From the NCBI RefSeq assembly GCF_000315625.1, contig NW_005434557.1, positions 134,386 to 198,385 on the forward strand: a DNA stretch of 64,000 nucleotides, in the 5' to 3' direction. The position numbers and the translations under genes are program-made. The notes below the pieces were generated by a model, which worked only from the letters and a program-made list of their open reading frames with translations, was not told where the DNA came from and ran no database searches. Positions 1 through 13,300 of this stretch are shown here, piece after piece (position 1 is the first letter of the stretch; each line of letters begins with the position of its first letter). Origin of the DNA: Guillardia theta CCMP2712 (taxonomy: Eukaryota > Protista > Cryptophyta).

Positions 1-23
1 AGGAGCTGGAGCAGGAGCAGGAC

Positions 24-90
<67 letters not shown>

Positions 91-413
91 AGCAGGAGGA
101 AGAGGGGCTCATTAACTCGCAGGAGGCTCAGCGGCTGAGGAAGGTTGAGGAAGCCAAGAAGCAAGAGAAAGCGAAGGAGACGGTGAAAGTGAAGGTGAGG
201 GGTGGGGGTGCTTTAGTGTTGAGAAGAGGGTGGGGGTGCTTTAGTGTTGAGAAGGGGGTGGGGGTGCTTGAGTGGTGAGAAGGGGGTGAGGGTAAAGCAG
301 TCAATCAGGTTGTGACGGAGCAAGACATGTCGCGAGCCATCGGGAGGATCGTCAAGGAAGCGAATCTGAACGAGCTAACAAGAAGAGACGTGAAGCAGAA
401 ACTACTGGTGAGC

Positions 414-480
<67 letters not shown>

Positions 481-662
481 CCTCCTGCTCCCTGCTCTCC
501 CCCCTCTCGTCCTCGTCCTCTTCACTTTCCCCTTGCTTGTTCGTCTCCTCTCTTCTCTCATCCCCTCACTCCTCGCAGGCCGTTTTCCCCTCAATCGACT
601 TGCTGGGCAACAAGGAATTTATTCATCAAGAGATTGAGAAAGCCGTTCGGGCCTGCAGTTAG
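1..662 (+). CDS. 3' part of a DEK C-terminal domain protein (5' truncated by window)
   Basis: Exons at about 123-195, 309-407 and 579-662 splice to ...VTEQDMSRAIGRIVKEANLNELTRRDVKQKLL|AVFPSIDLLGNKEFIHQEIEKAVRACS*, which matches the DEK_C pattern (I..IL...DL..LT.K.VR..L...F..DL..KK.FI). Confidence 0.6.
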
Positions 663-739
663 ATGGAATGGGAGATGGAAGGGGAGGCGGAGGAGGACGA
701 GTGAAAGAGAGCAAGCTATGAAATTTCGTTCGCCAACAC

Positions 740-2988
740 TCACATTGGAAACAATTTGCTCTCCTCAATGACATTATTTACAGTGCTAAGGTCCCACCCA
801 CCACATCCACCTCCTCTCCCTGCCCCTGCCCCTGCCCCTGCCCCTGCTCCTGCTCCTGCCCCTGCTCCTGCTCCTGCTCCTGCTCCTCGACCCGCGTCTT
901 CTCTCCTCAAGTAGCAGCAGCTTGGCGAGCAGGGTCTCATCCCCATCGCCTCGCACGCCTCCCCCCATCCGATCCCCCAGTCTCCCAGTCTCCGATTGAC
1001 GAGAACAGCCCCGCTGCCCTCCCGAGGCACTAGGCAAGTCACTCCTCCACACACATCCGCAAACAGACCCTCCTCCTCCTCCTCCTCCTCCTCCTCCTCC
1101 TCCTCCTTCTGTATCAATTTCAAGACAGTCCTGAGTTGAGCCTCTGTACCAGGGCGGTGGTGTGGAAGGTTGAAAAGCAGGAGACCACCGAGCGAATGCC
1201 TGGAGGAGACGGAGGAGGAGCGGAGGAGACGGAGGAGGGAGAAGAGAGGGACGAGCTGTGAAAGGTCGAAAGGGATGTCGACGATGATGCAGTCAAACCT
1301 GATCAACGTCAGCCCCCCCTCTCTTTCCTTGACTGCTTACCGTGAATTTGAGCTCGACCTCCCTCTCACACCTTCACCTGCTTGTGTTTGTGTTTGTGCT
1401 TCTTCTGTCCATCTTTCCAGCACTTCCCAGGCGTCACCCGTAGAGACAGACAGGCGCTCATCCTCGGACAGGCCGAAGAGAGCTCGCGAGAGGAGGAGAA
1501 GAAGCGGCTCCCGTTCAACCACCTGATGGAAGTCATGAGGCTCCGCATGACTCACCTCTCCTCCCCTCCTTCCCTCCTCCCTTCCTCTCCTCTCTTCCTC
1601 CGTACGCTGCTCCGTTCTCTCCCCTCCCTCCTCTTCTCTTCATCGTACGCTGCTCCGTTCTCTCCCCTCCCTCCTCTTCTCTTCATCGTCTCACGTGCAC
1701 ACGGACCGACGGCAGATGGGTCAGGATCCAGCCAGGCATGAAGCCTCCTCCGAGCCCCAGCACCTGCTGTCTCTCAGCTCGCGTCCTGCTATCAACTTCT
1801 CACCAGCACGGAAAGCTCGTCCGTACGGGGGGCGAGCGGGAGGAGGAAGAGAATGCATCGGCAGTACCAGGAGGTTATGTGGCATGCCAGCTGGATCCGA
1901 GGAAGAGGAGGGAGGAGAGGAGAAGAATAGCAAAGACAGCTCCCCATCACTTCGCTCTCGACAAACATCACGAGCTGTGGGCGCCATCGCTGCATCGCCT
2001 GAGAGCGCATGAGGAAGGAGACAATGATCCGGAACTCACCATTCTTCTCATCCCCTCGTACTCCAGCACCACCACACACTCCGCATGCTCCAACGCCGAA
2101 GCAAACAGCACATGCACGCTTTGCAGCCACTCGCGCTCCTTGTACAAACCTACTGCGAAGCTGCCGCCCCCCCCTCCTTCTCCTCCCTCGCCTCTTCCCC
2201 TGCTTTCTTCTCCTCTTGCTTGACCCTTCACCTCCTCCTCCTCCTCCTCCTCCTCCGTCGCTTGCATTCGACATCCAACCTGCCACTGGTATGAGCGACT
2301 CTCAAGGAGCTAACGGATCACCGCCATGAGCGAGTCCAGCGCAGCAGCAACGGCCGTCTCAAGCCGCTGGACGGGAGGAAGAGGATGAGACCTGAGCTGC
2401 CGCAGAGCGAGTAGGGTCCAGACGACGTTGGTCTCCTGCTGGAGGGTCAGACCCCTCCTTACTCTTAGGAGTTCACCCTGAGAAGGAGCTCGGCCAAGGG
2501 AGGGGCGAGAGACAAGACGCTCATGGCGGTGAGGAGGCAGAGACTGAGACGAGAGGAGAGCAGCAAGTCATCTTCCTCCGCCTCCTCCAGCATAAGTCGC
2601 AAGGGCCTCGACAGCACGTCCACTCCCCTCGCCAGCAGACGCGTCGGCAGCGAACCCAAGCTCAACACATACGCCCCTCCTCCCTGCCGGCGCTGCATGA
2701 CGGCGCAGCCATGGGATTCCGTCACTGTCACTCCATACTCTATGGCGCGAGAGAAGCGCTCAATGACGGGCAAGGCCTGGCACAGTGGGTACGAAAGGAG
2801 CGAGCGGAGGAGGAGGAGGAAGTACCGCTCGTTGGTGAACTTGCGGCAAGTGAGAGACGCAAGCAAGGGAAGGAGAAGGAACTCACAAGCTTCTTCAGCT
2901 CCAAGCTTAGCGCCCTCTCCTCCCTCCCTTCTCCTCCTCCCCCCCCCTCCCCATCCTTGGTTCGGATGTTAGTTTGTGGGGTCGCCAT
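740..2988 (-). CDS. Class I SAM-dependent methyltransferase, METTL13 C-terminal/spermidine-synthase-like (multi-exon)
   Basis: Spliced exons give VLGLGGGFMPGWIL (motif I), VVEREPLLLLLSRALFGLSEDERLSVSTGDAWEVL and RFDCIIVDIP. The start at 2988 is tentative. Confidence 0.7.
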
Positions 2989-3025
2989 TGTTTGACGGTA
3001 TGAGGGGCACCCGCGAGCAGTCGCA

Positions 3026-6000
3026 ATGAAGGCAGTCTTGCTTGCGATTACTGTGGCGACGATGGTGGCGAGTATAGGAGGAGGAGGAGGAGGAGGAGGA
3101 GGAGGAGGAGGTGAGAGGGGGCCTTCCACGTCTGTCACATGGAGGAGCGAGCGAGCAGGAGGATGTCTGGGTCCTGGCCAGCGAGTTGCGATCAGGTGAA
3201 AGACAGAGCACTGAGATGGATAGAAGAGGAGAGGAGAGGAGAGGAGAGGAGAGGAGAGGAGAGGAGAGGCGAGGCGACGAGAGGAGAGGAGAGGAGAGGA
3301 GAGGAGAGGAGAGGAGAGGAGAGGCGAGGCGAGGCGAGGCGAGGCGAGGAGGGGGGGAGAGGAGGTGCTGATAGGAGCATGTGCAGCAGGAAGCTTCCCT
3401 CCCTCTCCATCCTTGTGCTGCAGCGGCTAGCGGGAGGGCGATCTCATCGTATTCTGCTGCCTCTGAGCTCTTTTCGCTGATGCCTTGACAGGCGGAGGCA
3501 AACGAGTGCGAATGGCTCTCGAAGCTTCAGGAGGAAAGTCTGCTGCAGCTGCGCGATGGCCGGTGCGTGCGCGTGAGAGAGAGGAAGTGAGGAAGGGATA
3601 GCAGAGGCAAGAGGAGGGTAGCTGTCTATCGCAGACGAGGGTAGCTGTCTATCGCAGACGAGGGTAGCTGTCTATCTCAGACGAGGGTAGCTGTCTATCG
3701 CAGACGAGGGTAGCTGTCTATCGCAGACGAGGGTAGCTGTCTATCTCAGACGAGGGTAGCTGTCTATCGCAGACGAGGGTAGCTGTCTATCTCAGACGAG
3801 GGTAGCTGTCTATCTCAGACGAGGGTAGCTGTCTATCTCAGACGAGGGTAGCTGTCTATCTCAGACGAGGGTAGCTGTCTATCTCAGACGAGGGTAGCTG
3901 TCTATCTCAGACGAGGGTAGCTGTCTATCTCAGACGAGGGTAGCTGTCTATCGCAGACGAGGGTAGCTGTCTATCTCAGACGAGGGTAGCTGTCTATCTC
4001 AGACGAGGGTAGCTGTCTATCGCAGACGAGGGTAGCTGTCTATCGCAGACGAGGGTAGCTGTCTATCTCAGACGAGGGTAGCTGTCTATCGCAGACGAGG
4101 GTAGCTGTCTATCGCAGACGAGGGTAGCTGTCTATCGCAGACGAGGGTAGCTGTCTATCTCAGACGAGGGTAGCTGTCTATCGCAGACGAGGGTAGCTGT
4201 CTATCGCAGACGAGGGTAGCTGTCTATCTCAGACGAGGGTAGCTGTCTATCCCGTTGCTTCCCTCGGGCTTCTCACATTGCAACTTGTTCAGATTGGAAA
4301 TTTTTCTCGGGAAGGCACGACGATGATTCACAAGCCGAATAACATGTCTGTTCCGGCTGCTGCTGCTGCTGCTGCTGCTCCTCCCTCCTCCCTCCTCCCT
4401 CCTCCCTCCTCCCTCCTCTCTCCTCTCTCCTCTCTCCTCTCTCCTCTCTCCTCTCTCCTCACCCCTCACTCCTCTCTCCTCTCTCCTCCTAGTCCTCCTC
4501 CTCCTGATGGTAGTGCTGAAGCTTCATTTCTTCGACTCCAGGAGGGTCAAAGGGAACGAGAGCACCAAGAGAGTGAAGGTGAAGAAGCTGAGCAACCGAC
4601 AGCTCGCCAACATCGCGCGGGAGAAGTTCAAGTGGCAGCTCCTCCTGTTCTGCACCTGCGCCTGAAGCCTCACAGGTCCAATTTCCTCCAGATGTTCGAG
4701 CAAGTTGATCCGACCCGCGACCCCGTCGTTGAGTGAGTCGCTTTTGCCCTCTCCCTCCCTCCCTTCTTTCCCTCCCTCCCTCTTCCTCCTTGAGACCCGC
4801 TGTGAGCTCTGCTCTCAGGCACTGGAAGAAGCCGCAGGAGATGTTCTTGAACCCTCTCCCCGGACAGGTGACGTCGAATGAGCAGGAGCAGGAGCAGCAG
4901 TGAGGAGCAGAGTGGAGGAGGAGGAAGTAAAGGACCAGGACCAAGACCAGGGCCAGGAGGAAGGAGGACGGGGAGGAGGGAGGAGCAGGAGCAGCAGCAT
5001 CTACTCTGACTTTCAACGGCAGGACTCTCTCTACGACCTCACTGCCAACTCTGAGATCAAGGAGGTAATCGACGAGCTGCACGAACTCGAGAATGCTCAA
5101 CAAGCGACCTCGTTGCAAGAATTCTTCCAGTGCGTCCACAACGGCACAGCCGTGAGGTGATGCCTGCAAGCGACTGAACCCTAAACCCTTCACCTAAACC
5201 CTTTACCTAAACCCTTTACCTAAACCCTTTACCTAAACCCTTTACCTAAACCCTTCCTTTACCCTAAACCCTAACGGCGAGCTCAGAGGTCTGACGCGTG
5301 TGTAGGCCTCCTTCCAATACCCTCGGAGACAGACTCGATGTGAGCCTCGCCCTCTCCCTTTGCCTTTCCCTCCCCGAGGCCTTGCACAATCAGCTCGTCC
5401 TCTCACTGACTTGATCGCCTCAGATCTTCGAGGAGGGCAAGATCTCCAACTGCTTCCCTCGCGGGTTCTCGTTCAAGGTGAGGCTCCATCTGTCGCCTCC
5501 AGCTGACGTCGAGCAGGGTGAAGCTCTCTCTCTCGCTGCCAAGCAGCAGAACGTCAGTCCTATCACATCCCTTCCATGTCTGACCATCTCAAGTCCAGCT
5601 AGAGGCTGTGCAGGAGTTGCTGGAGGAGGGAGTGGATATCAACTACAGGAACGTTGACGGGGATACAGCTCTGTGAGGGCACACTCGCAGCACCAAGTGA
5701 AGGATAAGATGATGGATTTGTGCAGTCACTTGGCGAGCTACAACGGAGATGAGGAGATCGTTGAACTTCTCTTGAAGGCTCGTGACTTTCTTCCCCTCTC
5801 GTTCATCTTCTTGTCCATCTCACTTGTGTCTTTGAGCAGAATGGAGCAGACGCATCTGCAGTCAATGAGTACAACTCGACGGTTCTTGACTACTGCATGT
5901 CTGCATCGAGCCTCGTCTCCTCCTTCTCTCACTGCCTCCTCGCAGTTGGTCTGCTGACCCCTTGGCCAACTTCACCATCGAAGGGATCCGCTACAACCAA

Positions 6001-6474
6001 CCTGCCCCATGTCAGGCCCTCCCTCCCTCCCTCCCTCCCTCCCTNNNNNNNNNNNNNNNNNNNNNNNNNNNNNNNNNNNNNNNNNNNNNNNNNNNNNNNN
6101 NNNNNNNNNNNNNNNNNNNNNNNNNNNNNNNNNNNNNNNNNNNNTCACTCACTCCTCTCCTCTCCTGCTCCTCACCCACTCGCAGGTCCTTCTAAGCAAC
6201 GACGTGAGCGTATCCGCAAGCTGCTGGTGGCGGCAGGAGCGCGTGAGGTGGGCAGCTGGCGGGGAGAGGCAGTTGGCGGGTTTCTCTGAGCGGCGACGCA
6301 GGGAGTACACAACTTGTGGGGCTGGACAGAAAAGATCGAGAAGAGGAGGCTGATGGAGACCTGGTGGGGGATGATGTGGAAGGAGGAAGGAAACTGACTG
6401 GGCTCTGCTCACAGGGACAAGTACGTCCATAAGATGCCACTTGACCTCCTTCAGGTTGCAGCGAGCAACCAGAC

Positions 6475-6531
<57 letters not shown>

Positions 6532-7038
6532 ACTGCTCCACCTCATAATTTGCTATAGATGTCTATCGACTTCGGTATGGTCCCATTGCATAAGGTCGCC
6601 TATCGCTTCCCCAAGGATGTCGTAGGTGCCGTCTGGATGCTCGCTTCCCCACCTGACGCAGCAGCAGTCACCGAGAACGAGCTTGTTGAGGAGCAGGCGA
6701 GGAAGATGGGCATGAACTTCTCAATACCGCCAGGGGATGAGGTGCCGCGAGCCGTTCTTGCTGCCGCCCCTGACGCTTCCACAAGGTTCAGATGGGCACG
6801 ATCCACGAGCAGGAGCAGTCGCTGCAGGTGAGTCAGGTCAACAGAGCCTTCAACTGACCCCAACCCAGCGAGGGTCTCACGTCCCCAACGTCAATGAGAT
6901 GCTGGACCGGTGAGCAACGCCGAGCCATCGTGCAGCTACTCAATCCCTTGCAGGTTAGACGAATTGTCATTCGCAAACAGCACGGAGGATCCGGACTCCA
7001 CCTCGGACGGGCCCTCTGCTTCCTTAGAAGTCTACTGA
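3026..7038 (+). CDS. Ankyrin-repeat protein with N-terminal signal peptide (many exons, spans assembly gap)
   Basis: MKAVLLAITVATMVA signal. Exons 5518-5881 give EALSLAAKQQN|LEAVQELLEEGVDINYRNVDGDTAL|HLASYNGDEEIVELLLK|NGADASAVNEYNST. Last exon ends ...SASLEVY*. Confidence 0.75.
3614..4251. repeat. Intronic 23-bp minisatellite GAGGGTAGCTGTCTATC[G/T]CAGAC, about 27-28 copies
   Basis: Head-to-tail units with a single G/T variable position and no spacers. Confidence 0.97.
5179..5274. repeat. Intronic telomere-like repeat (CCCTAAA-derived 13-mer CCTAAACCCTTTA)
   Basis: CCCTAAACCC at both ends with 13-mer units between. Confidence 0.8.
6045..6144. other. Assembly gap (100 N) next to a (CCCT)n tract
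   Basis: Run of N. Confidence 1.
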
Positions 7039-7353
7039 AGCGGGCACGCTGGGTGCGTTGTCGGAGTAAAGTCGGGCCCTCAGCCTGAGTGCCCGGCCCG
7101 GCGTTAGGGTCACCTTCTCTGAGTAAACTTCGCCGCTATCCTGCCAGTACCAGGCTAATTGGAATCCAATCGACAAGGCAGCGAAACCCTTTACTCCAAC
7201 TGTAGTACCGTCAAGAGCGGGGAGGTGACCAGCCTGACTCAGTGATGGTGCCATGCCGGCCGGGCCCGGCCCGTCGATGATCAGGCTACCAGGCGGTCGG
7301 GCCGGTGACGGCTCGAACCGTGATTGTCATCGCCCTCTTTCTCAACGCGGGCA

Positions 7354-10300
7354 ATGGCGGGCGGGGAGGGGCTTCCGTACGGGGTGGCAGAGAGAGGATG
7401 GAGCACAGCATGGCGGCTGAAGAGGAGATTCCAGCGCTCGTGCGAGGATGAGAAGGGACGGAAAATCTTTCTCCTCCGAAATGACGATGCTGATCGCGTT
7501 TTCTCGCTCCTCCCTCCTGGCTCTGCCTTCCTCAGGTCTCAGGCCTCAGCTCGGGCCGGCATGCCAGTCGTCTTGTCATACCGGCTGAGGGTGTCTGTAC
7601 ACCACCATGCTCTCAGCGGAGTCGTTGCTAGGTGGAGGATGCGGAAGCAGGGACCAGCGTCTTGTGTGCTGGATGATAAGTCGCTGAATCTTGTCGAAAG
7701 GATTAGCGGGAGGTGGCTGGGAGAGTTTGAGAAGTTCCTAGTGGAGGTAGCCTCCTACCGCAACTTCATCGATCGCGATGTCTCTGCGATCTTCGTGAGG
7801 CTCGAGCTCAAGTACCGTGACCTCCTCATCTGTCGCTGCCGCGCTCATCAGCTGCTGATGTGCAAGATGGAGGAGGAGGAGATAGAGACGGCTGTGATCG
7901 TGCTCAACTTCGAAGCTTGCTCCATCGAGCTCCATGACTCCACACAAACTCACATCATCACAAGTCTAGAACAAGCACTCAATGCGTTTCACGTCCGAAG
8001 GAAGCACAAAGCATCGCCGCTTCTGCTCAAAGCCAACAAGAACGCTGGATCGAGTATCAGCATGAAGGGAGCAGAGTTTGTGGGGAGTTACAACATTGAA
8101 TCAGTTGCAGAAGAACTGAGTCGAGCTATCAGTGAGAGACAAGACGAGCACATGCAGGTGTTGCTCAAGGCGATGCGTGGATCGATGGTGCTGCTGGACA
8201 AGGCGGGTCAGGTGTTGGACGACAGGATGCAAGCGATACTGAGCCATGTCCTCATTGACTATGAGACAGAACGTGACTTGCACACAGACACAATCGCAGT
8301 GCTCAAAGCTCTCTTCGATCTAGAGCCCGACCTGATAAACCTGTTTGGACCCAAGTTGATCGCAAAGCTTGAACTTGCAGCTGACAATGGCACAAACCTT
8401 CAACGTGCGATGGCGAACATGGATTCTTTGCTGCAGCACTCTTTGCCATCACGCAAATTCTTCTTGAAGAACGATCAGTTTCAGTCTTTGATCTGTAGGT
8501 TGCATCATCGGTTCAGTCCGGTGAAGGAACTCAAGGCGGATTATCTCGACGAGTGGAATGATACGGACAGCAGAGACGAAGAGGAGGGTAACCTTGAAGT
8601 GCGTGATGAGGCACCTGCGTTGACTCCGTTTCTTTAGGTGTGATAGATGTCGAGTACCAGCGCATCGAGGATGTGAGTCCGAGCTGAGACGTTTCTGTGC
8701 TGCTTCCGTTGAATTGTTTGCCAGGGCGAGGCCGAGGATATGAGACAGTGTGTGAAGACGAGAGAGTATTCGTCAGCATCTGCCTTGTCCTACATGTCCA
8801 ACTCACGGGACCTGGCGTTCATGTCTCCCAAGTCTTCTTCAGCCCTTCCCAGCCATCGCTCGCAAAATGGAGGAGAAGAGTCGACATCCTCGCCTGCTTG
8901 CATCCCCAAGCTGAAACTTGTTGGCCTGTCAGCGTTGGACTCTCCCATGAGGTCAAGCACGCGGTCGAGTAGAAGGCAGGTCGCTCTCCCTCACGTTGCG
9001 ATTCATCTCGATAGTCCGCAGTCTGCTGCAGATTCAGCCACGCGCAGGAACAGTCAGTTCCCCTCCTTGGACCTGGACAGCAGCCGCCTTGGCGTCTTTG
9101 ACAGAAGATCGGCCCTCGAAGAGCTCCAGCTTGTCGCTCAGAATGTGAGCAGATACTACATCGCTGCTGACATGGCGGCGATGTCTTCACAGCGACCAGG
9201 ACACGCCAACGTGTCCCCAGAGAGCTGCAGGGACGAGGAGACTTCAGGCGATCGGGACATGGCACAGTCGGAGAGCGCTTCGAAGTCATCGTACGTAGCT
9301 GGGCGGAAGCTGGACATATTCTTGGTCATTCTTCAGCTTCTCAGTGTGATGAACATAGAGAGCGACTGGATCGAGCAGCACGTTAACCTCTTGTTCCTTG
9401 AGTTCAGCCACTGCTTCCGTACCTCTTCCCTGCCCGATTGCCTGCCGGCCCTGTGCGAGGTTCTCAAAGGCTACCAGGCGGTTACAGAGAGAAGGCTCGT
9501 GGAGTTGTCAACTCTCTTGGGGTCTTTCAACGACTTGTCAAAGGTCGGGAGCGACTCGCTGACGGCCATCAACAAGGTCGACCTCTTCGTCTTCCGACTC
9601 AGCGATCAGTTGTCCTGTGCCACTGACTCGCCCAACGTCTTCGGCAGCTCAAGTCTTGCCCTAGCCTTGAAGATGCTCTCCTCTTACGTCAATCTTCGCA
9701 GCTCACACCTCATCAAGATGCACGTGATCTTTCTGTGCATGGAGACTTTGCTCAAGGTCAAGTACATTCTCATGGCGAACAGTGCGCTGATAGCTGACTT
9801 CAACATCCTGTACATCGTTTGCTTTCACACTTGGCTTGAGCTAATGGATTCCTTGGTGGTACAACTCTTGGAGGAGAGCTTCCAATCGTATTGGTTCTCC
9901 ATCATATTTGAGGACGAGGTCTTTTGTGAAATCGTGCAGGAATACTCCAAGGCCGTTAGCTCAGACGACATGCTTGGTCTGGACTTCAAAGGCTATGAAA
10001 CGTTCTTGTACGCTCAGGGGGACATTCATGGAGGCGATGGCTACAGAGCTGTCGAGGCCTTGAAGGTTCAGGTTTTCAGGCACTACAGCATCTGCATGAA
10101 GATCTTGAACGTCAGGTTCGAGAAGAGCAGCCGGTTGAACGAGTTCCTGAGAGCATCTCATGAACCGACGCACGATGAGAACGCCGTCTCGTTTGATCTG
10201 CTGTGCTCGAAGTTTGCGTTCCTCATATCAGCCAAGGCAGGCATCGTGTTGGAGAGTTTGCCATCCACACCTCGTGGCGAGGAGATGGCTCTTGTCCGAG

Positions 10301-13300
10301 AGATCTTCGCCTTCCTCGTCACCTGCTTCGAGAGCGGTGTGATGCAAACCTTCATGCCGAGGATGCTCATCGACGACTACGTTGGCTTTCACTTCCTGGG
10401 GTTCCTCAGGTTCTCGCAGGTCGTCGGCGATCGGGTGGCGTCGGAGATGTCGAGGCTTCACCTCCACGTGCTCATCCAACTCTCAGGCTCGCAGACTCCC
10501 TCCATCAAGCAGCGGTTTACAGCTCTGCGAGTGGTCAACTGGATCTCCTTGCAGATGGATCTGGAGTACGAGAGCAACGGGCACGTGGGAGTAGACTTGA
10601 CGTCTGTCGCTGACACTTCGCGATTCACTCCCAGCGTCAAGATGTCCAGCTCGAAGAAAGTCAGTCGGAGAACAAGAAACGGCCTGAAAAGTCGAGACAA
10701 AGACAAGTCGCTCAGAGGCGGCACAAGAGCTTGTGATGACTCGCTCGAGATGCGGCAGCCCGTTGACCCCTCCATGACCGACGTCGAGAATGAGAACTGC
10801 AACAGCAACAAGAAATCGTCAAAGAAGAAGTTGAACTTCAACCAGGAGCACTTTAACGACTCCTCAACTCTCCCGATACACAAACGACCAGCCCCTGAGA
10901 GCTTGAAAGATACGAAGACAAGACAAAACTTGGAAGGCTACAAGTCCGGTTCTACAGGATCATCCATTAACAGAGGTCAGACCTCTGCTTCTCCTAACAC
11001 AAAGGCGAATTCAATAACCATACTGGGGCTGAAGCTACCAGCCGGGGCGGTGAAGGGAGGGGGGAGCGGGGGGACAGGAGGAGGGGAGGGGAGGAGGGGA
11101 GGAGGGAGGGTGGGAGTCATCGACGGGGTCGGAGAGCGAGGACTCGCTAGGAGACGTGGACATCGAGGAGTACAAGCGGCTGCGGAGCACGATCAAGCTG
11201 CGGCTAGACGACGACCAGCACGAGCTAGCCGGGGTGCCGGAGGGGGAGGAGAGAGGAGAAGGCGGGCGAGAAGATCGAGGAGGAGGAGGAGGAGGACGGG
11301 GGAGGGAGGAAAGCGAGGGGGAGGAAAGCCGGGAGGCCTAGGGCTGAACTTGGCGGGAGTGTCGGCAGGAGGAGGAGGGGGAGGGAGCGGGGGCGACGAG
11401 GTCGGGGAGCGGGAGCCACCGTCATGGGTGAGGCAGCACAGCAAGGCGAGGGAGGAGGAGGGGGAGGAGGAGGGGGAGGCCGAGGTGGAGGTTGAGTTCG
11501 AGAAGGCGACGTTCGGGGGGGAGGAGGACGTAGAGGGGAGGGCGGTGAGGGCAGTACCGATCCAAGCGGAGCGAGAGCTGGAGAACGCGGGGGCGGTGGA
11601 AGGAGCGATCGTGGTGGTGGAGCGAGGAGGCGTGTCGTTTGTGGAGAAGGCGCGACGAGTGACAGCGGCGGGAGGGATCGGGATGATCGTGATCAACACA
11701 GCGGAGGAGCTGTATCGATGCACGGGGGCAGGAGAGGACGTGAAGATCCCGGTGGTCTGCGTCCGGAAGGGAGGAGGAGAGCAGCTGGAGGACGGGGCGA
11801 GCGTGCGGCTACGGGGAGTGAAATACGGGTCAGGGGTGATGGTGTTCACCAAAGGAGGGAGGAGGAGGAGGAGCATCGGAGGGACAGAGGGGAGCAGGTC
11901 GGGGCAGGGGCAGCAGGGGAGGGGAGGGCTAGGGCTGAAGCTACCAGCCGGGGCGGTGAAGGGAGGGGGGAGCGGGGGACAGGAGGAGGGGAGGGGAGGA
12001 GGGGAGGAGGGAGGGTGGGAGTCATCGACGGGGTCGGAGAGCGAGGACTCGCTAGGAGACGTGGACATCGAGGAGTACAAGCGGCTGCGGAGCACGATCA
12101 AGCTGCGGTTGAATGACAGCGATCATGAACTTGCTGGCTCAAGGCACATGGAGGCGAGGGAGGTTGAGAGCGTTTCAGGTATCTCGAGGCATCGCAGCTC
12201 TTTGCCCCTCATTCGGCTGCTCAAGCCTCTTCCTCGCTCTCCCTCGTCTCGTCGCGATGAGTTCGTCGTTGAGTCTGAGGACTCTGGCGCTTTTTCGCTC
12301 TTGTCCAAGTCAGTCGACAGCTCAAACCCCAAGTTTCAGCTGGCCATGTGCAAGTCCCTTGCTGATAAGGAAGGATTTCAAGTGAAAGACAAGGACAAGG
12401 ACAAGAGCAGGTCGTCGCGTTCACTTCAGCTGGGGCCAGAGGCTTTATCGAAGAACTCAACATATTACCGTGGGAGGGAGACGAGAATCTTGTACCAAGA
12501 CTTGGAGTTTCATTGCATGGTGCTTGAGCTTGCGCTGAAGCTTCTCATGTCTTCCGACGGTCCTCTCTTGGACTGGTACCACTTGCAGCAGTTTCCCCTC
12601 GAACATCATCGCCCGAATCTCGCGTTCCTCCTTCGGACTCATCTGAATCATCCTGCCAACGAGGAAGTCCTCTCCCTCCTCCTCCCGCGCATCCTAGCGC
12701 TGGGAGAGAAGGGTCATCGGCTGATGAAGCTGCTCTGCTCCAAGCTCTTCGACCCCTCCAGGTACAGCAACCGCGACCCCAACATCCGCTACCGGGGAGC
12801 CTTCGGGACGGTCTACAAGGCCTCCCTCACCTCCGAGCCCTTCCAAGTCGCCGTCAAGGTGATCGAACTGCCCAAGACCATGACAGACGCTTGTACGTTG
12901 CTGGACTTGTACACTGAAGTCGCCATCATGGAGGCGCTGCACAAGGAGGCGCGTGTCTGCTACTTGTACGACTATGGAGTGGATGCGAACCACTGCTACA
13001 TCGTTACGGCCTGGTACTCCATGTCCTTGAAAGAGTGGAGGACGAGGCAGTGCAAGGACGTCCTCACAGCGCAGACCGTGCTGCTGCTCAGCATAGGCAG
13101 CCGAGTCATCCAGGCTGTTTGCCGCCTGCACCATGTTGGGGTCGTTCACTACGACCTCAAGTGCGACAACGTGCTGGTGATGCCGCTCAAGGGTGAGACT
13201 GAGGAGACGATTGTGAGGCAACGAGGCCCGTCCCCCGACTTTGAGGTGGTGCTGGCTGACTTCGGTGAGAGCAAACTCTTCTCCGCCCACCAAGACGCCT

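Noticed and set aside
3614-4251. CRISPR-like array (also 28556-28787)
   Set aside because: Units are contiguous with no unique spacers, no cas genes are present, and the context is eukaryotic
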